A program made the position numbers and the translations under genes. The notes under the pieces were generated by a model. That model saw only the letters and a list, made by a program, of their open reading frames with translations, had not been told where the DNA came from and searched no databases. Shown here one piece after another: positions 22,430 to 34,930 of a stretch of DNA of 64,000 bases. The DNA is taken from contig CATNEN010000007.1 of the NCBI GenBank assembly GCA_950097015.1, positions 12,834,001 to 12,898,000 on the forward strand, written 5' to 3'. Source of the stretch: Macrostomum hystrix. Its lineage: Eukaryota; Animalia; Platyhelminthes. Positions within the stretch are counted from its first letter, which is position 1; each line of letters opens with the position of its first letter.

Positions 22430-22908
22430 CTAACTCACTGCACTCCACCCACTCTCAGTCCTCCAATCACTGCACTCCACCCACCCTCAGTCCCCCAATC
22501 ACTGCACTCCACCCACCCTCAGTCCCCCAATCACTGCACTCCACCCACTCTCAGTCCTCCAATCACTGCACTCCACCCACCCTCAGTCCCCCAATCACTG
22601 CACTCCACCCACCCTCAGTCCCCCAATCACTGCACTCCACCCACCCTCAGTCCCCCAATCACTGCACTCCACCCACCCTCAGTCCCCCAATCACTGCACT
22701 CCACCCACCCTCAGTCCCCCAATCACTGCACTCCACCCACCCTCAGTCCCCCAATCACTGCACTCCACCCACCCTCAGTCCCCCAATCACTGCACTCCAC
22801 CCACCCTCAGTCCCCCAATCACTGCACTCCACCCACCCTCAGTCCCCCAATCACTGCACTCCACCCACCCTCAGTCCCCCAATCACTGCACTCCACCCAC
22901 CCTCAGTC
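22430..22908. repeat. 32-bp minisatellite
   Basis: Unit CACTGCACTCCACCCACCCTCAGTCCCCCAAT, ~15 copies. Confidence 0.95.
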
Positions 22909-23504
22909 GGGTGGATTTAGCGGACGTTTTGGTAAATGCTAATGCATAACTTCCAATGCAATAGGCTAAAAAAGAACATTAAAGCACTTTAGCACTTCTT
23001 AGACAAGCTCGATTGAATAAAAATATTTCTTTTTGTCTTGGGGAATTTCACAGTCGACTTTTGAAAACGGCTCACAAAAGCAAAACAAGACTAGAAAAAC
23101 TGCAGTTAAATGCAAACACAAGAGCGCAAATGATGCTGAGGTGCAGATTCATAAAGCTTTCCAACCAGGATGACAGATGAAAAAGACGCAAAGGCTTTGC
23201 TAAGTGCTAGCTAACTAGCTAAAGCTGCGAGTAAAATACTGCGATCAGATTTAACTGAAATCAAATAAACCATCCACAAACGCAGCTTAAAAACTCAACA
23301 ACTGGCTGATAAAAACACTCTTCCGATTGCAACAAGAGTAACAGGGAATGCGAGAACATGATTGATGTACATTCGTTCAACATTAACAACTGGATTGCAA
23401 CTGGCTGATAAAAACACTCTTCCGATTGCAACAAGAGCAACAGGGAATGCGAGAACATGATTGATGTACATTCGTTCAACATTAACAACTGGATTGCAAC
23501 TGGC

Positions 23505-23831
23505 TGAGGCCTTCTCCGCCTGTAGGAACTGAAGAGGCTCGGCCTCTAGCTGCTGACCCGGGTAGGCGGGGGGCGCGGCGCCAGGAGCGGGCGAGAAGTA
23601 GGCCTGGATGGCCAGGAAGGAGCAAGCGGCCAGTGACAGGGACAGGATGACCACCAGCGCATTGTTTGAGATGATGATTATGTTCATCTGCTAAAGCTGG
23701 CCGGTGGGCCGCACAGCACGAGGCTCAAGAAGCCGAGAGTTCGGCTGCAAGCAGGCACAGAAAATCATCGTGAAGCCCAGACCCCAGACGCTACTGGACA
23801 CAGGCTTAGGTATCGACTGGCTGATGAGCAT
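23505..23831 (-). pseudogene. Internally deleted duplicate of the 21466-22350 gene
   Basis: MLISQSIPKPVSSSVWGLGFT and AIQAYFSPAPGAAPPAYPGQQLEAEPLQ match the neighbour; the middle is deleted, a stop is present, and the 3' end runs into a 99-bp duplication (23298-23505). Confidence 0.8.
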
Positions 23832-23902
23832 GGCGCTGTGGGCCGATGGCGGCAGCAGGACAGCTTGCAGAATTGACTAGCCATGGGCTATCATCATGAT
23901 GA

Positions 23903-24430
23903 TCAGTGCTCAACTACACCGCTGCACACCTGACCCTTCAGTGCTCAACTACCACTGCACACCTGACCATTCAGTGCTCAACTACTGCTGCACACCTGAC
24001 CATTCAGTGCTCAACTACTGCTGCACACCTGACCATTCAGTGCTCAACTACTGCTGCACACCTGACCATTCAGTGCTCAACTACCTGACCATTCAGTGCT
24101 CAACTACTACTGCACACCTGACCATTCAGTGCTCAACTACTACTGCACACCTGACCATTCAGTGCTCAACTACCTGACCATTCAGTGCTCAACTACCGCT
24201 GCACACCTGACCATTCAGTGCTCAACTACCTGACCATTCAGTGCTCAACTACCTGACCATTCAGTGCTCAACTACCGCTGCACACCTGACCATTCAGTGC
24301 TCAACTACTGCTGCACACCTGACAATTCAGTGCTCAACTACTGCTGCACACCTGAGCATTCAGTGCTCAACTACCGCTGCACACCTGAGCATTCAGTGCT
24401 CAACTACCGCTGCACACCTGAGCATTCAGG
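23903..24430. repeat. 33-bp minisatellite with shortened variants
   Basis: Unit TCAGTGCTCAACTACTGCTGCACACCTGACCAT. Confidence 0.95.
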
Positions 24431-24809
24431 GATCCATTCTGAAAGAAGTAAACGCAACAATATAAAAGAGCTGCTTGTTTTACTAGTAAATAGTAATAGT
24501 AATAGTAAAATGGGACTAGAACGAGAAAGCAGGCGCAAAAGAAGACATCGAGCCGAGACTCGACATTCGCAGATTGTAAAACGGCGGAAGCATAGAGCGC
24601 TGACAAGACGGTTTTCTGGTGCTGCTTGGGAGGTACAAAAAGCAATAGGTGAGACAGCATTCTAATAAAACAACTGAACTGCTATGCGTGTGTGTTCGAT
24701 TCATAGCATACATAATAAAATTATGCAGTTCAGTTGCATATCTCATCGAATAAGATGCTGCTAAAAACTTTAAATGACTATCTTCGCATTTGTTTGCGTT
24801 CCGAGTGGA

Positions 24810-24995
24810 TGGCCAGCCTGCACCGTGGGTTCTGATTGGGTGGCCAGCCTGCCCCGTGGGTTCTGATTGGGTGGCCAGCCTGCCCCGTGGGTTCTGATTG
24901 GGTGGCCAGCCTGCCCCGTGGGTTCTGATTGGGTGGCCAGCCTGCCCCGTGGGTTCTGATTGGGTGGCCAGCCTGCCCCGTGGGTTCTGACTGGG
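24810..24995. repeat. 31-bp minisatellite containing CTGATTGG
   Basis: ~6 copies just past the 25014 stop codon. Confidence 0.95.
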
Positions 24996-25013
24996 TAGGC
25001 AGTCTGCCTGTCT

Positions 25014-25688
25014 TCAGGCATCGGGCTGCAGCTGCAAGGGCGGCAGAGTGGGCGGCAGGATCACATAGGTGGCCTCCAAAGCCATCGGCGCGTTCGGCTT
25101 ATCCATGGCGAAGGTGAAGTCCGTGGCCGTGGAAGGCGCGCAGCAGCAGGAGGCGCGGCAGGCGTAGCAGCTGTGGACAATGGACACAACCAGCTCGATG
25201 GCCGCCAGCAGGGAGCTGAAGAGACCACAGAGATAGACGCTGTAGAAAGTGCCGCTGCCGCCAGTGACGAAGCCGGTGAAGTTGTTCCGCCGTCCGAAGA
25301 AGAGTTCGGACATGTTGCGCTGGTAGCGCTCGAGGTTGGCGGAGGCCAGGATGGACTCGGCAATCAGCGTGATGAAGGCGGCAACAGCGGCCAGGCAGCT
25401 GAGCACTAGGCAGAGCACCACGCAGCCCTTGCTGCAGCCGTGGCAGCAGCCAGAGCTGCAGACGCCACTGATGCCAGCCGCGAGGAAGAAGGGCGTCACC
25501 CAGATGCCGCTGCTGGCGAGCTGGTAGCCGTGGTCTTCGCCGGAGCGCAGGCTCTGGAAGGTGAGGGCCGCAATCAGGGAGCCCAGCGCGATCTGCAGGG
25601 CGCCAAGGATCATGTGGGCGCGCCGGACAGTGCGCGGGACGCCTTCGCGGTAGCTGCTGAGCTCCGGCTGCGGAGGGTGGGGAGGCAT
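25014..25688 (-). CDS. CD20/MS4A-like four-TM protein, single exon
   Basis: YREGVP..VRRAHMILG..Q, SSGIWV.PFFLAAGISG, CVV.CLVLS, ELVVSIVHSCYACRASCCC. Confidence 0.9.
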   Translation of the reverse strand: MPPHPPQPELSSYREGVPRTVRRAHMILGALQIALGSLIAALTFQSLRSGEDHGYQLASSGIWVTPFFLAAGISGVCSSGCCHGCSKGCVVLCLVLSCLAAVAAFITLIAESILASANLERYQRNMSELFFGRRNNFTGFVTGGSGTFYSVYLCGLFSSLLAAIELVVSIVHSCYACRASCCCAPSTATDFTFAMDKPNAPMALEATYVILPPTLPPLQLQPDA

Positions 25689-26098
25689 GAAAGCAGAAGC
25701 AGCAAAATCTCGCCCCTGATCGCTAATTGGAGGGCCTAATCTGCAGACAGGTATGCAAAGAGAAAGTCAAACTAAATGTACTTGGATTAGCTCATGTAGG
25801 ACATCGCACTCTGTTAGAAAAATCTGCTGCCCTAAAAGCTTCCCTAAAAGAGGAACACGACCGCGACATAAGCAGGAAGCAGCCAGCGCTTCATCTCAGC
25901 CACTTTGTATTGCGACTGGAAAATGGCCCTTGTTATTTCAGTACTGGTAAAGTAAGGAGTCTAGACCAACCGGTCTGGGGCACAAAAAGCATAAAAAGCG
26001 GAAAACGAGAATGCAAAACTCAGTGCCCTATTAAGGCTACTAGACTGACTAGTAAACACTCTCGCATAAATTAACAGAATACTTTTCATACCGGAGCC

Positions 26099-26738
26099 TG
26101 TCACTCAGAGGGACTCACAGCAGTCCGCAGTGAGCACATCGTGTCACTCAGAGGGACTCACAGCAGTCCGCAGTGAGCACATCGTGTCACTCAGAGGGAC
26201 TCACAGCAGTCCGCAGTGAGCACATCGTGTCACTCAGAGGGACTCACAGCAGTCCGCAGTGAGCACATCGTGTCACTCAGAGGGACTCACAGCAGTCCGC
26301 AGTGAGCACATCGTGTCACTCAGAGGGACTCACAGCAGTCCGCAGTGAGCACATCGTGTCACTCAGAGGGACTCACAGCAGTCCGCAGTGAGCACATCGT
26401 GTCACTCAGAGGGACTCACAGCAGTCCGCAGTGAGCACATCGTGTCACTCAGAGGGACTCACAGCAGTCCACAGTGAGCACATCGTGTCACTCAGAGGGA
26501 CTCACAGCAGTCCACAGTGAGCACATCGTGTCACTCAGAGGGACTCACAGCAGTCCGCAGTGAGCACATCGTGTCACTCAGAGGGACTCACAGCAGTCCG
26601 CAGTGAGCACATCGTGTCACTCAGAGGGACTCACAGCAGTCCGCAGTGAGCACATCGTGTCACTCAGAGGGACTCACAGCAGTCCGCAGTGAGCACATCG
26701 TGTCACTCAGAGGGACTCGCAGCAGTCCACAGTGAGCA
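26099..26738. repeat. 43-bp minisatellite
   Basis: ~15 near-identical copies. Confidence 0.95.
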
Positions 26739-26811
26739 TACTCTATCAATAAAGTGTTCAGTAAGCAGAATGAGCCCACTAGCTCATCAATATCATAATG
26801 GCTGCTATTGA

Positions 26812-27543
26812 TCATCCGACTGTGGTTGTGTAGTCAGGCGGCTGGGCCGGCGGCAGCAGCTGCACCACCTGCTGCTGGCCAGGGAAGAATTTCACCTGCT
26901 GGCAGGGGTAGAAAGCGATCTGCCGCTCAGCAGGCGGGCCAGGCGACAGAGGCGGCTCGTCCGTCTCTTGCGCGGCGGGCGGCAGGCAGCAGCAAGTGGC
27001 GCGGCAGGAGAAGACTGCGTGCGCGGCAGCCAGGAGCAGCTCCAGCAGGAAGGCGACGCAGGTGACGACGCTGACGATCATGATGGTTCTGAAGGTCGCA
27101 GGGTCAGTGATGTAAACTTCATAGTGCGGCCCGAGGGCTTCGGCCAGGTCGGTGGAGTTGTGGCGCAGGCGGACGCTCCAGTAGGTCGCGAGCGCCACAG
27201 TATAGGCGCCGGTGAGGCCAAGGAAGCAGGCAAGGAGGCTCAGCAGCAGGCAGGTCACCACCAGGCAGCGGGTGTTGCCGCGGCCAAGGCCGACGGCCAT
27301 GCCGGTGACTCCGGCGGCAACAAAGACTGGGCCGAAGAAGATGCCGAGGACGCAGGCCAAGCCGGCCTGGCAGGCGGCCACGGAGCTCAGCATCACCAGG
27401 CAGCCGGCTGCGACCTGCAGGCAGCCGATGACAAGGTGGCCCTTCAGCAAGCTGGGCTGAATGCGGCTGGCATAACAGTTGCGGCGGATGGCCGCATTCC
27501 GCAGCTGCTTCAGCTGCCGCCGCTGCCGCCGCCGCTGCTGCTG
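26812..27543 (-). CDS. CD20/MS4A-like four-TM protein; no in-frame ATG before TM1
   Basis: The frame extends upstream as QQQRRRQ...CYASRIQPSLLKGHLVIG to a TGA; acceptor CTCTTCAG|CAG is in phase 0; FSCRATCCC and PPDY present. Confidence 0.85.
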   Translation of the reverse strand, partial: QQQRRRQRRQLKQLRNAAIRRNCYASRIQPSLLKGHLVIGCLQVAAGCLVMLSSVAACQAGLACVLGIFFGPVFVAAGVTGMAVGLGRGNTRCLVVTCLLLSLLACFLGLTGAYTVALATYWSVRLRHNSTDLAEALGPHYEVYITDPATFRTIMIVSVVTCVAFLLELLLAAAHAVFSCRATCCCLPPAAQETDEPPLSPGPPAERQIAFYPCQQVKFFPGQQQVVQLLPPAQPPDYTTTVG

Positions 27544-27871
27544 CTGAAGAGTTCAAAATGATATCGATATAAAAAGTCCCTTCGCAAGTCATTAGCGTCT
27601 CATGCCCCGAAACGAGTGGTCTGGGTAGAGCTGTCACAAGCAGCAGTGGGCAAAACAGCTGGCTAAAATGTGCCCAAAATATGTCATTTTATGTGGCATA
27701 GTACAGGAAATGCAGCAAACTGCACAGCTGTTGCAAGAAAAGTTGCAAGTTGCAAAAACTGAAAAAAATTATAAATAAATGTTTAGTGACAATTGCAAGC
27801 AAGTTTTAGCAAGTGGGCAGGACATGAGCAGGACATGGGCAACTCCAGGGTAGGACTAATTATCATAGTCT

Positions 27872-28410
27872 TTATAGGCCGGCTAGATGCACAGATGGCA
27901 GAGCCTGCTTGACACAGCCAAAGTGCGGATTCCTCTGCGCCAACTGCTGGAAGCCGCTGGTGGGCTCATGCTGCAACTGGTAGGCTGGTTGCTGGGGGCC
28001 GAGCGGCTGATCCTGCCGCACCAGCTGCAACTGGTAGGCTGGTTGCTGGGGGCCGAGCGGCTGATCCTGCCGCAGCAGCTGCAACTGGTAGGCTGGTTGC
28101 TGGGGGGCCGAGCGGCTGATCCTGCCGCACCAGCTGCAACTGGTAGGCTGGTTGCTGGGGGCCGAGCGGCTGATCCTGCCGCAGCAGCTGCAACTGGTAG
28201 GCTGGTTGCTGGGGGCCGAGCGGCTGATCCTGCCGCAGCAGCTGCAACTGGTAGGCCTAGGCTCTTGCCCGGGAACAGCTCGGACAGCCTGAAGAAGCCG
28301 GCGCCGCTCAGGACGAGGCTGGCGATGACGATGACGAGGCTCAGTTGCAGCGCATGCAGGATGGCCGCTGAACCGGCGAAGCTCAACAGCACAGCTCAAC
28401 CAGCCCTGCA
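27872..28410 (-). other. Possible orphan last exon or pseudogene fragment (one hydrophobic helix) interrupted by a 60-bp repeat
   Basis: GC-rich; encodes ILHALQLSLVIVIASLVLSGAGFF, then ~5 copies of a 60-bp unit (27965-28255) with a frame change; family assignment unsure. Confidence 0.3.
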
Positions 28411-29002
28411 TTCTATAGCCTGGTGGCAATGCTAGCAAACTGAGCACAGCTCAACCAGCCCTGCATTCTACCTGGTGTTTGCCTAAATGCCAAGTTTCAA
28501 AGAAGTAAAAGCACTTCAATCGCACGGCACACGGATATGTTATATTTTAATATTTAGTTTTAAACTGCAGTTCTCAACAACTGTCAGTAAACTTCTCTCC
28601 CAGCTGCCTCAGAGCGCAGGTCTCCGCGCCGCCAACGATCAAAGGGGCAAAAAAGGCAAAAACTTGGAGTGCATATAAAAATATTGGTAAGCAAACTGCT
28701 TGGGGAGATTTCGTGGCATTTTTAAAGCAGCAAAGTAAGACACAAACCTAAAGAAATGTAAAAAGTAAAATAAAATAATTTTTTAATGTTAATACCTTAG
28801 CACCAGCTCGGAGAGCTAAAAAGTTGAAGCACACAATAACTAATAAAGGTGATTGAGTTGTATTACCATGTTGAAAGAGTTCCAGGTCTCAAATCGAAGC
28901 CTAAAAGTGCAAACTCACAATACAGCTGCGAAGAGTAAGCGAATATATAGCTGAAATAAATATGAGAAGGAAGCACTGGCGGGTCTGAGCGATCGGCATT
29001 CG

Positions 29003-29200
29003 AGCGGCTGATCAAATTCTGAGAGCCAATCAGACCCCAGCGTGCGGCTGATCAAATCTGAGAGCCAATCAGACCCCAGCGAGCGGCTGATCAATTTCTG
29101 AGAGCCAATCAGACCCCAGCGAGCGGCTGATCAAATTCTGAGAGCCAATCAGACCCCAGCGTGCGGCTGATCAAATTATGAGAGCCAATCAAACCCCAGC
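29003..29200. repeat. 40-bp minisatellite carrying AGCCAATCA
   Basis: 5 copies of GCGGCTGATCAAATTCTGAGAGCCAATCAGACCCCAGC. Confidence 0.95.
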
Positions 29201-29400
29201 GTGAGCTGCGGGACAAACAGATGTGCGCTGCACTGACAGGAACTAAAAATATACTGAGAAACTGCCGGAAGGTAATGAGTGAAAATAGTTTGTGAGGTAG
29301 AGGGGAGAATAGGAGAATGTGGGGATTATTAATCCTCAAATCATCCGCGCGACATCCGCGGACCCGGCGACCGACTGCTGCGGAATCGCCCGCAGGAGCC

Positions 29401-29985
29401 TCACAGCTGGGACGGCGGCAACTTGTCGTGCGGCTGCGCCTCGTACGGCGACTTGACGCCGGCGCCAGCTTCGTAATCGGGCGGCAGCTGGTCGCTGGCA
29501 GCGTCGGCCACACAGCAGCAGGAGGCGCGGCAGGCGAAGACGGCCTGCACAATGGCCACCACCAGGCCGAGGAGGAAGGCGATGAACCAGAGCACATCGC
29601 CGATGGTGAACTGCTTGTAGTAGGCGTGCGGGCTGGGGCGGGCTGCCTCCACTGAGCCGACGATAATGGCGATAAGAGACACCGCGGCGGTCAGGATGCT
29701 GAGCACCAGGCAGCTGATGAGGCAGCAGTGGGTCCGCTTGCGGCCGAGGCCAGCCGCCAGCCCGGTGGCCCCGGCTGGGACGAGGAAGACGCTAGTCCAG
29801 AAGCCGGAGCCGATGTGCGTGTTCACCGCCCGGTCCCAGGCCAGCAGGCCGTAGATATTCAGAAAGATGAGCAGGCAGCCGAGTGTGAGCTGGATGGCGC
29901 CCATGATGAGGTGAGCTCTGAGCAGCTTGGCTGGCAGGAGTCTGGCGTACCTGCTGAGGCCGCTTTGCGATTGAGGCGACTCCAT
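29401..29985 (-). CDS. CD20/MS4A-like four-TM protein, single exon
   Basis: YARLLP..LLRAHLIMGAIQ, GSGFWT, CLISCLVLSI, FACRASCCC, LPPDY; acceptor-like TTTCAG 8 nt before the ATG. Confidence 0.9.
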   Translation of the reverse strand: MESPQSQSGLSRYARLLPAKLLRAHLIMGAIQLTLGCLLIFLNIYGLLAWDRAVNTHIGSGFWTSVFLVPAGATGLAAGLGRKRTHCCLISCLVLSILTAAVSLIAIIVGSVEAARPSPHAYYKQFTIGDVLWFIAFLLGLVVAIVQAVFACRASCCCVADAASDQLPPDYEAGAGVKSPYEAQPHDKLPPSQL

Positions 29986-31094
29986 GGCTGGGGCTGAAAT
30001 TCGGTGGCGAGGCTTGGCTGAACGAATTTGAGCTCTGGCTGAGTAGCAGCCAGCAAATTTATCTCGGCCTCTTAACTCAGAACAGCGAACTCTCAGTGCA
30101 CGCAGGGTTGATTACAATAGCGAATGAGTGACCTGACCTGGAGTTTGGGCCAAAAACTTGGCCTGGGCCAAAACTTTGACCTGGGCCAAACTCTGCACTC
30201 ATGGGTTACGTAAGTTGAGTTTAACTGTGAATCTTACCTATGGGAGAGGCAGAGGGCTCAGAAATGGGGGCAGCAGTGGGGCATGGAGTGAATTGAGGCC
30301 AATCTGCAAACTATTTTTCCTGCGAACAAAGCAGACTCGTGCATCTGAGCATCAGTGAGTTCAGCTGTGTGATATGGCCAGTAATGCAGCATGAATCCAT
30401 GCTTTTGAATGTTACTTGCATTTCACTCCTAGGCAACACCTTAACGTGCGGCTTCAAGCCACGGGATTTAAGGCAATGCTAGCTAAAGCAGACAGAAGGA
30501 CAAGAAGCAGCAGCTGCAGAGCTGAAGCAAGTGCCCATGCTGCAGCAGAGGCTCGGTGAGCTGTGCTCAGCGCCCATGGTGCAGCAGAGGCTGGGTGAGC
30601 TGTGCTCAGCGCCCGTGATGTTACTAAGTGGGCCTGAATAACTGGTCTGTAGAGAACAAGGAATCAATAATTAATACATTTAGCAATTTAATAAATTTAA
30701 CAGAAGTAAGAAATCGACGCGGAGAAAGTCTTCGCAAGCCGTTTGTTTGATTTAAAAATCTAAAAAATTTGGTGACGCGTGCACTTAGAGAAAACGGGAG
30801 GTCAGGCCAGAGATTTACAAGGCACAACGGCAATCGAAGGGTTCATAGCGAGTTGAAAGTGGCCGGGATTGCATCGTTATATTGAGATAGGAAAAGGCAC
30901 TAAAAAAGGAAAAACGACGGATTCAGCTGCTGTAGGCACAATTAGTCTGATAAAAATTCTGATGCATTAAACATATAGAAACAGATTCAGAGCGATGAAT
31001 AATGTTGCTTGCACACAACCAATCAGAGCAGATAGCGACTGCTCCGTGACAGCCAATCCTATCCTAACCCGAACCCTAACCCTAAGAGAGACTG

Positions 31095-31415
31095 CCCTGT
31101 ATGGCAGCCAATCAGAGCTGCAAGAGTGACTGCTCTGTGTGGCAGCCAATCAGAGCAGCTGGAGAGACTGCTCTGTGTGGCAGTCAATCAGAGCAGCTGG
31201 ACAGACTGCTCTGTGTGGCAGCCAATCAGAGCAGCTGGACAGACTGCTCTGTGTGGCAGTCAATCAGAGCAGCTGGACAGACTGCTCTGTGTGGCAGCCA
31301 ATCAGAGCAGCTAAAGAGAAAGCTGTGTGGCAGCCAATCAGAGCAGCCGGATAGACTGCTCTGTGACATCCAATCAGAACTAGCACTATGGAATGTACTG
31401 CCCGCAGCCAATCAA
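31095..31415. repeat. 39-bp minisatellite carrying AGCCAATCAG
   Basis: Unit TGGCAGCCAATCAGAGCAGCTGGACAGACTGCTCTGTG; the last degenerate copy overlaps the stop of the 31412 gene. Confidence 0.9.
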
Positions 31416-31924
31416 AGTCCGAGGATGTTGTCAGAATCAGGCTCAACTGGCTGTCCGACCCAGCCGCAGTCGCAGCAGCTCAGCCAGGCGGAGCCAGCCT
31501 GAATACCAGCGGCCGGCAAGTGCGTCAGGTGAAGCAGCAGCACGAGAATGTCAGCGCCGGTGGCGCAGCGGACACTGCATGCGGCCGTGCAGGCAGCGCC
31601 AGCAGCGACGGTCCAGACGCTGGCGCAGAACGCGGCGGTGCTGAGCGCGGCGCTGGCGAAGAGGCCGCAACGGCAGCGGGTCGAGCCTGCAAGGCCAGCA
31701 GCTCCAGCAGCCGCGGCGAGCTGGCCGGTCCCCAGCGCCCAGCAGACGCTCACGCAGCCGTCGCCGATGCCCGTCACCATACAGAAGGCACTCACGAAGA
31801 TAACCTGTAAGCCGATGCTGATTTGAATTGCCCCGAGGATCACGTGACCTCGAAGACCGTCGATTGAGCCGCTACTGATGCCGTTATTTCCGATGAGGTC
31901 ATCTTTGTGAAGAGCCGATTTCAT
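31412..31924 (-). CDS. Short divergent CD20/MS4A-like protein
   Basis: LRGHVILGAIQ, four hydrophobic segments, Cys cluster SCCDC after TM4. Confidence 0.75.
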   Translation of the reverse strand: MKSALHKDDLIGNNGISSGSIDGLRGHVILGAIQISIGLQVIFVSAFCMVTGIGDGCVSVCWALGTGQLAAAAGAAGLAGSTRCRCGLFASAALSTAAFCASVWTVAAGAACTAACSVRCATGADILVLLLHLTHLPAAGIQAGSAWLSCCDCGWVGQPVEPDSDNILGL

Positions 31925-32349
31925 AGCTGTGATTTGAAAGAATTACGTATGAGTGCAGTTTTTAAATAGAAGACTCCAATGCTAACAATGCTTGTGATTC
32001 CCTGCCTCCTAGGAAACCAATTGAATGCTAGGTGGTATTCTACTTGGAGCATGACTTATTATAAAAGAATATCTTCAACAAGTCAAAGACTAAATACTAA
32101 AAAATAGGGTTTGGCCAATAGGCTTAAAATGAAAACACGAACCAGTGCCATCTGCAGTGGGTCAAATATATCTGTGTACTTCTGCATCACACAGCAGAAA
32201 GAAAAAAAATGCTTGTGCTTGAATTGTGCTTGGTGCTAGCACCAAACAAGCAATCACAAGAGCCGAAAGGGGCTGAATATTGATTGAAAAATGGCAATGG
32301 AAAAAAATTAAAGCGACACGTTTGAAAATAATTTGACAGTTCCCATTCG

Positions 32350-33735
32350 TTCACATTCGATTCGGAAACTGTTCACATTCGGATTCGGAAACTGTTCACA
32401 TTCGGATTCGGAAACTGTTCACATTCAGATTCGGAAACTGTTCACATTCGGATTCGGAAACTGTTCACATTCAGATTCGGAAACTGTTCACATTCGGATT
32501 CGGAAACTGTTCACATTCCGATTCGGAAACTGTTCACATTCGGATTCGGAAACTGTTCACATTCGGATTCGGAAACCGTTCACAATTGGATTCGGAAACT
32601 GTTCACATTCGGATTCGGAAACTGTTCACATTCAGATTCGGAAACTGTTCACATTCATATTCGGAAACTGTTCACATTCAGATTCGGAAACTGTTCACAT
32701 TCGGATTCGGAAACTGTTCACATTCGGATTCGGAAACTGTTCACATTCGGATTCGGAAACTGTTCACATTCGGATTCGGAAACTGTTCACATTCGGATTC
32801 GGAAACTGTTCACATTCAGATTCGGAAACTGTTCACATTCGGATTCGGAAACTGTTCACATTCGGATTCGGAAACTGTTCACATTCGGATTCGGAAACTG
32901 TTCGCATTCGGATTCGGAAACTGTTCACATTCGGATTCGGAAACTGTTCACATTCAGATTCGGAAACTGTTCACATTCGGATTCGGAAACTGTTCACATT
33001 CGGATTCGGAAACTGTTCACATTCAGATTCGGAAACTGTTCACATTCGGATTCGGAAACTGTTCACATTCAGATTCGGAAACTGTTCACATTCAGATTCG
33101 GAAACTGTTCACATTCGGATTCGGAAACTGTTCACATTCGGATTCGGAAACTGTTCACATTCGGATTCGGAAACTGTTCACATTCGGATTCGGAAACTGT
33201 TCACATTCGGATTCGGAAACTGTTCACATTCGGATTCAGAAACTGTTCACATTCGGATTCGGAAACTGTTCACATTCAGATTCGGAAACTGTTCACATTC
33301 ATATTCGGAAACTGTTCACATTCGGATTCGGAAACTGTTCACATTCGGATTCGGAAACCGTTCACAATTGGATTCGGAAACTGTTCACATTCGGATTCGG
33401 AAACTGTTCACATTCAGATTCGGAAACTGTTCACATTCATATTCGGAAACTGTTCACATTCAGATTCGGAAACTGTTCACATTCGGATTCGGAAACTGTT
33501 CACATTCGGATTCGAAAACTGTTCGCATTCGGATTCGGAAACTGTTCACATTCGGATTCGGAAACTGTTCACATTCAGATTCGGAAACTGTTCACATTCG
33601 GATTCGGAAACTGTTCACATTCGGATTCGGAAACTGTTCACATTCAGATTCGGAAACTGTTCACATTCAGATTCGGAAACTGTTCACATTCAGATTCGGA
33701 AACTGTTCACATTCAGATTCGGAAACTGTTTACAT
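32350..33735. repeat. 23-bp minisatellite (TTCGGAAACTGTTCACATTCGGA), ~60 copies
   Basis: Directly visible; it generates the spurious 493-aa and 533-aa ORFs. Confidence 0.97.
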
Positions 33736-33789
33736 GTGGCGATTCTGCCTGGGCGAATCCAGGACGAATGAGAAAATCAAGAAGCAATG

Positions 33790-34100
33790 TCCATGCAATG
33801 TCACTCTGCACTGAACTGCCCCACAATGCCCATGCAATGTCACTCTGCACTGAACTGCCCCACAATGCCCATGCAATGTCACTCTGCACTGAACTGCCCC
33901 ACAATGCCCATGCAATGTCACTCTGCACTGAACTGCCCCACAATGCCCATGCAATGTCACTCTGCACTGAACTGCCCCACAATGCCCATGCAATGTCACT
34001 CTGCACTGAACTGCCCCACAATGCCCATGCAATGTCACTCGGCACTGAACTGCCCCACAATGCCCATGCAATGTCACTCTGCACTGAACTGCCCCACAAT
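33790..34100. repeat. 39-bp minisatellite
   Basis: 8 copies of CCATGCAATGTCACTCTGCACTGAACTGCCCCACAATGC. Confidence 0.95.
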
Positions 34101-34104
34101 GTCC

Positions 34105-34436
34105 TGCCCCACTGCGGCCAGGATGCTGAGCACCAGGCAGCTCACGGTCCAGCACTGCGTGTTCGCGCGGCCCCGGCCTCCGGCTAGCCCCGTCGCGCCC
34201 GCAGCGACAAAGAAGAAGCCGGTTCAGAAGCCGGAAAATGATCGCGTGCCGACGGACAGGTCGCCGCACAGGAGGCCGTAGAGGGCCAGGAAGAGCAGAA
34301 GGCAGCCCACGGTCAGCTGGATGGCGCCCATGATCACGTAACCTCTGAGCACCTGGGCGGGAACCCGCCTGGCATAGCTGGACAGCTCGGAGCTGGGGAT
34401 GGAGTTGGAGTCGGTAGAGTCGGATGCGAGCGCCAT
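34105..34436 (-). pseudogene. CD20/MS4A-like pseudogene, paralog of 29401-29985
   Basis: YARRVPAQVLRGYVIMGAIQ...SGF*TGFF: the conserved Trp codon is TGA (34224-34226). Reading continues to SCLVLSILAA and then enters minisatellites; TM4 was not found. Confidence 0.85.
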
Positions 34437-34629
34437 GACTGGAAATTGAAAAGTAGGCAAGGGACTTGTGAATGCTGGGTCCCATACAACTGGCCAACTC
34501 ATGGCTGACTCTGTGCTCATGGCTAACTTTATAGTCTGATGGACGATTCCTAACCAACTGATACCTCGTATAGTCGTGAATAACGAGATGCTCATGAACC
34601 TTGAAACATGCTCTTCAACACTGCGAGAT

Positions 34630-34930
34630 GCTCAGATATGCTCATGGTCACTTAGATATGCTCATGGTCACTCAGATATGCTCATGGTCACTCGATAGGC
34701 TCATGGTCACTCAGATATGCTCATGGTCACTCGATAGGCTCATGGTCACTCAGATATGCTCATGGTCACTCAGATATGCTCATGGTCACTCAGATATGCT
34801 CATGGTCACTCAGATATGCTTATGGTCACTCAGATATGCTCATGGTCCAGATATGCTCATGGTCACTCAGATATGCTCATGGTCACTCAGATATGCTCAT
34901 GGTCACTCAGATATGCTCATGGTCCCTCAG
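34630..34930. repeat. 20-bp minisatellite (CTCAGATATGCTCATGGTCA)
   Basis: ~15 copies. Confidence 0.95.

Noticed and set aside
26099-26738. Regular repeat arrays resembling CRISPR
   Set aside because: Units are contiguous with no unique spacers, no cas genes are present, and the context is eukaryotic
31038-31085. CCCTAA-like telomeric repeats
   Set aside because: Only 3-4 degenerate copies, too short to call an interstitial telomere
32333-34187. 493-aa and 533-aa ORFs, and similar long ORFs at 18658-19506, 37779-38841, 42696-44017 and 49871-50878
   Set aside because: Translations of stop-poor minisatellites; periodic peptides open in several frames
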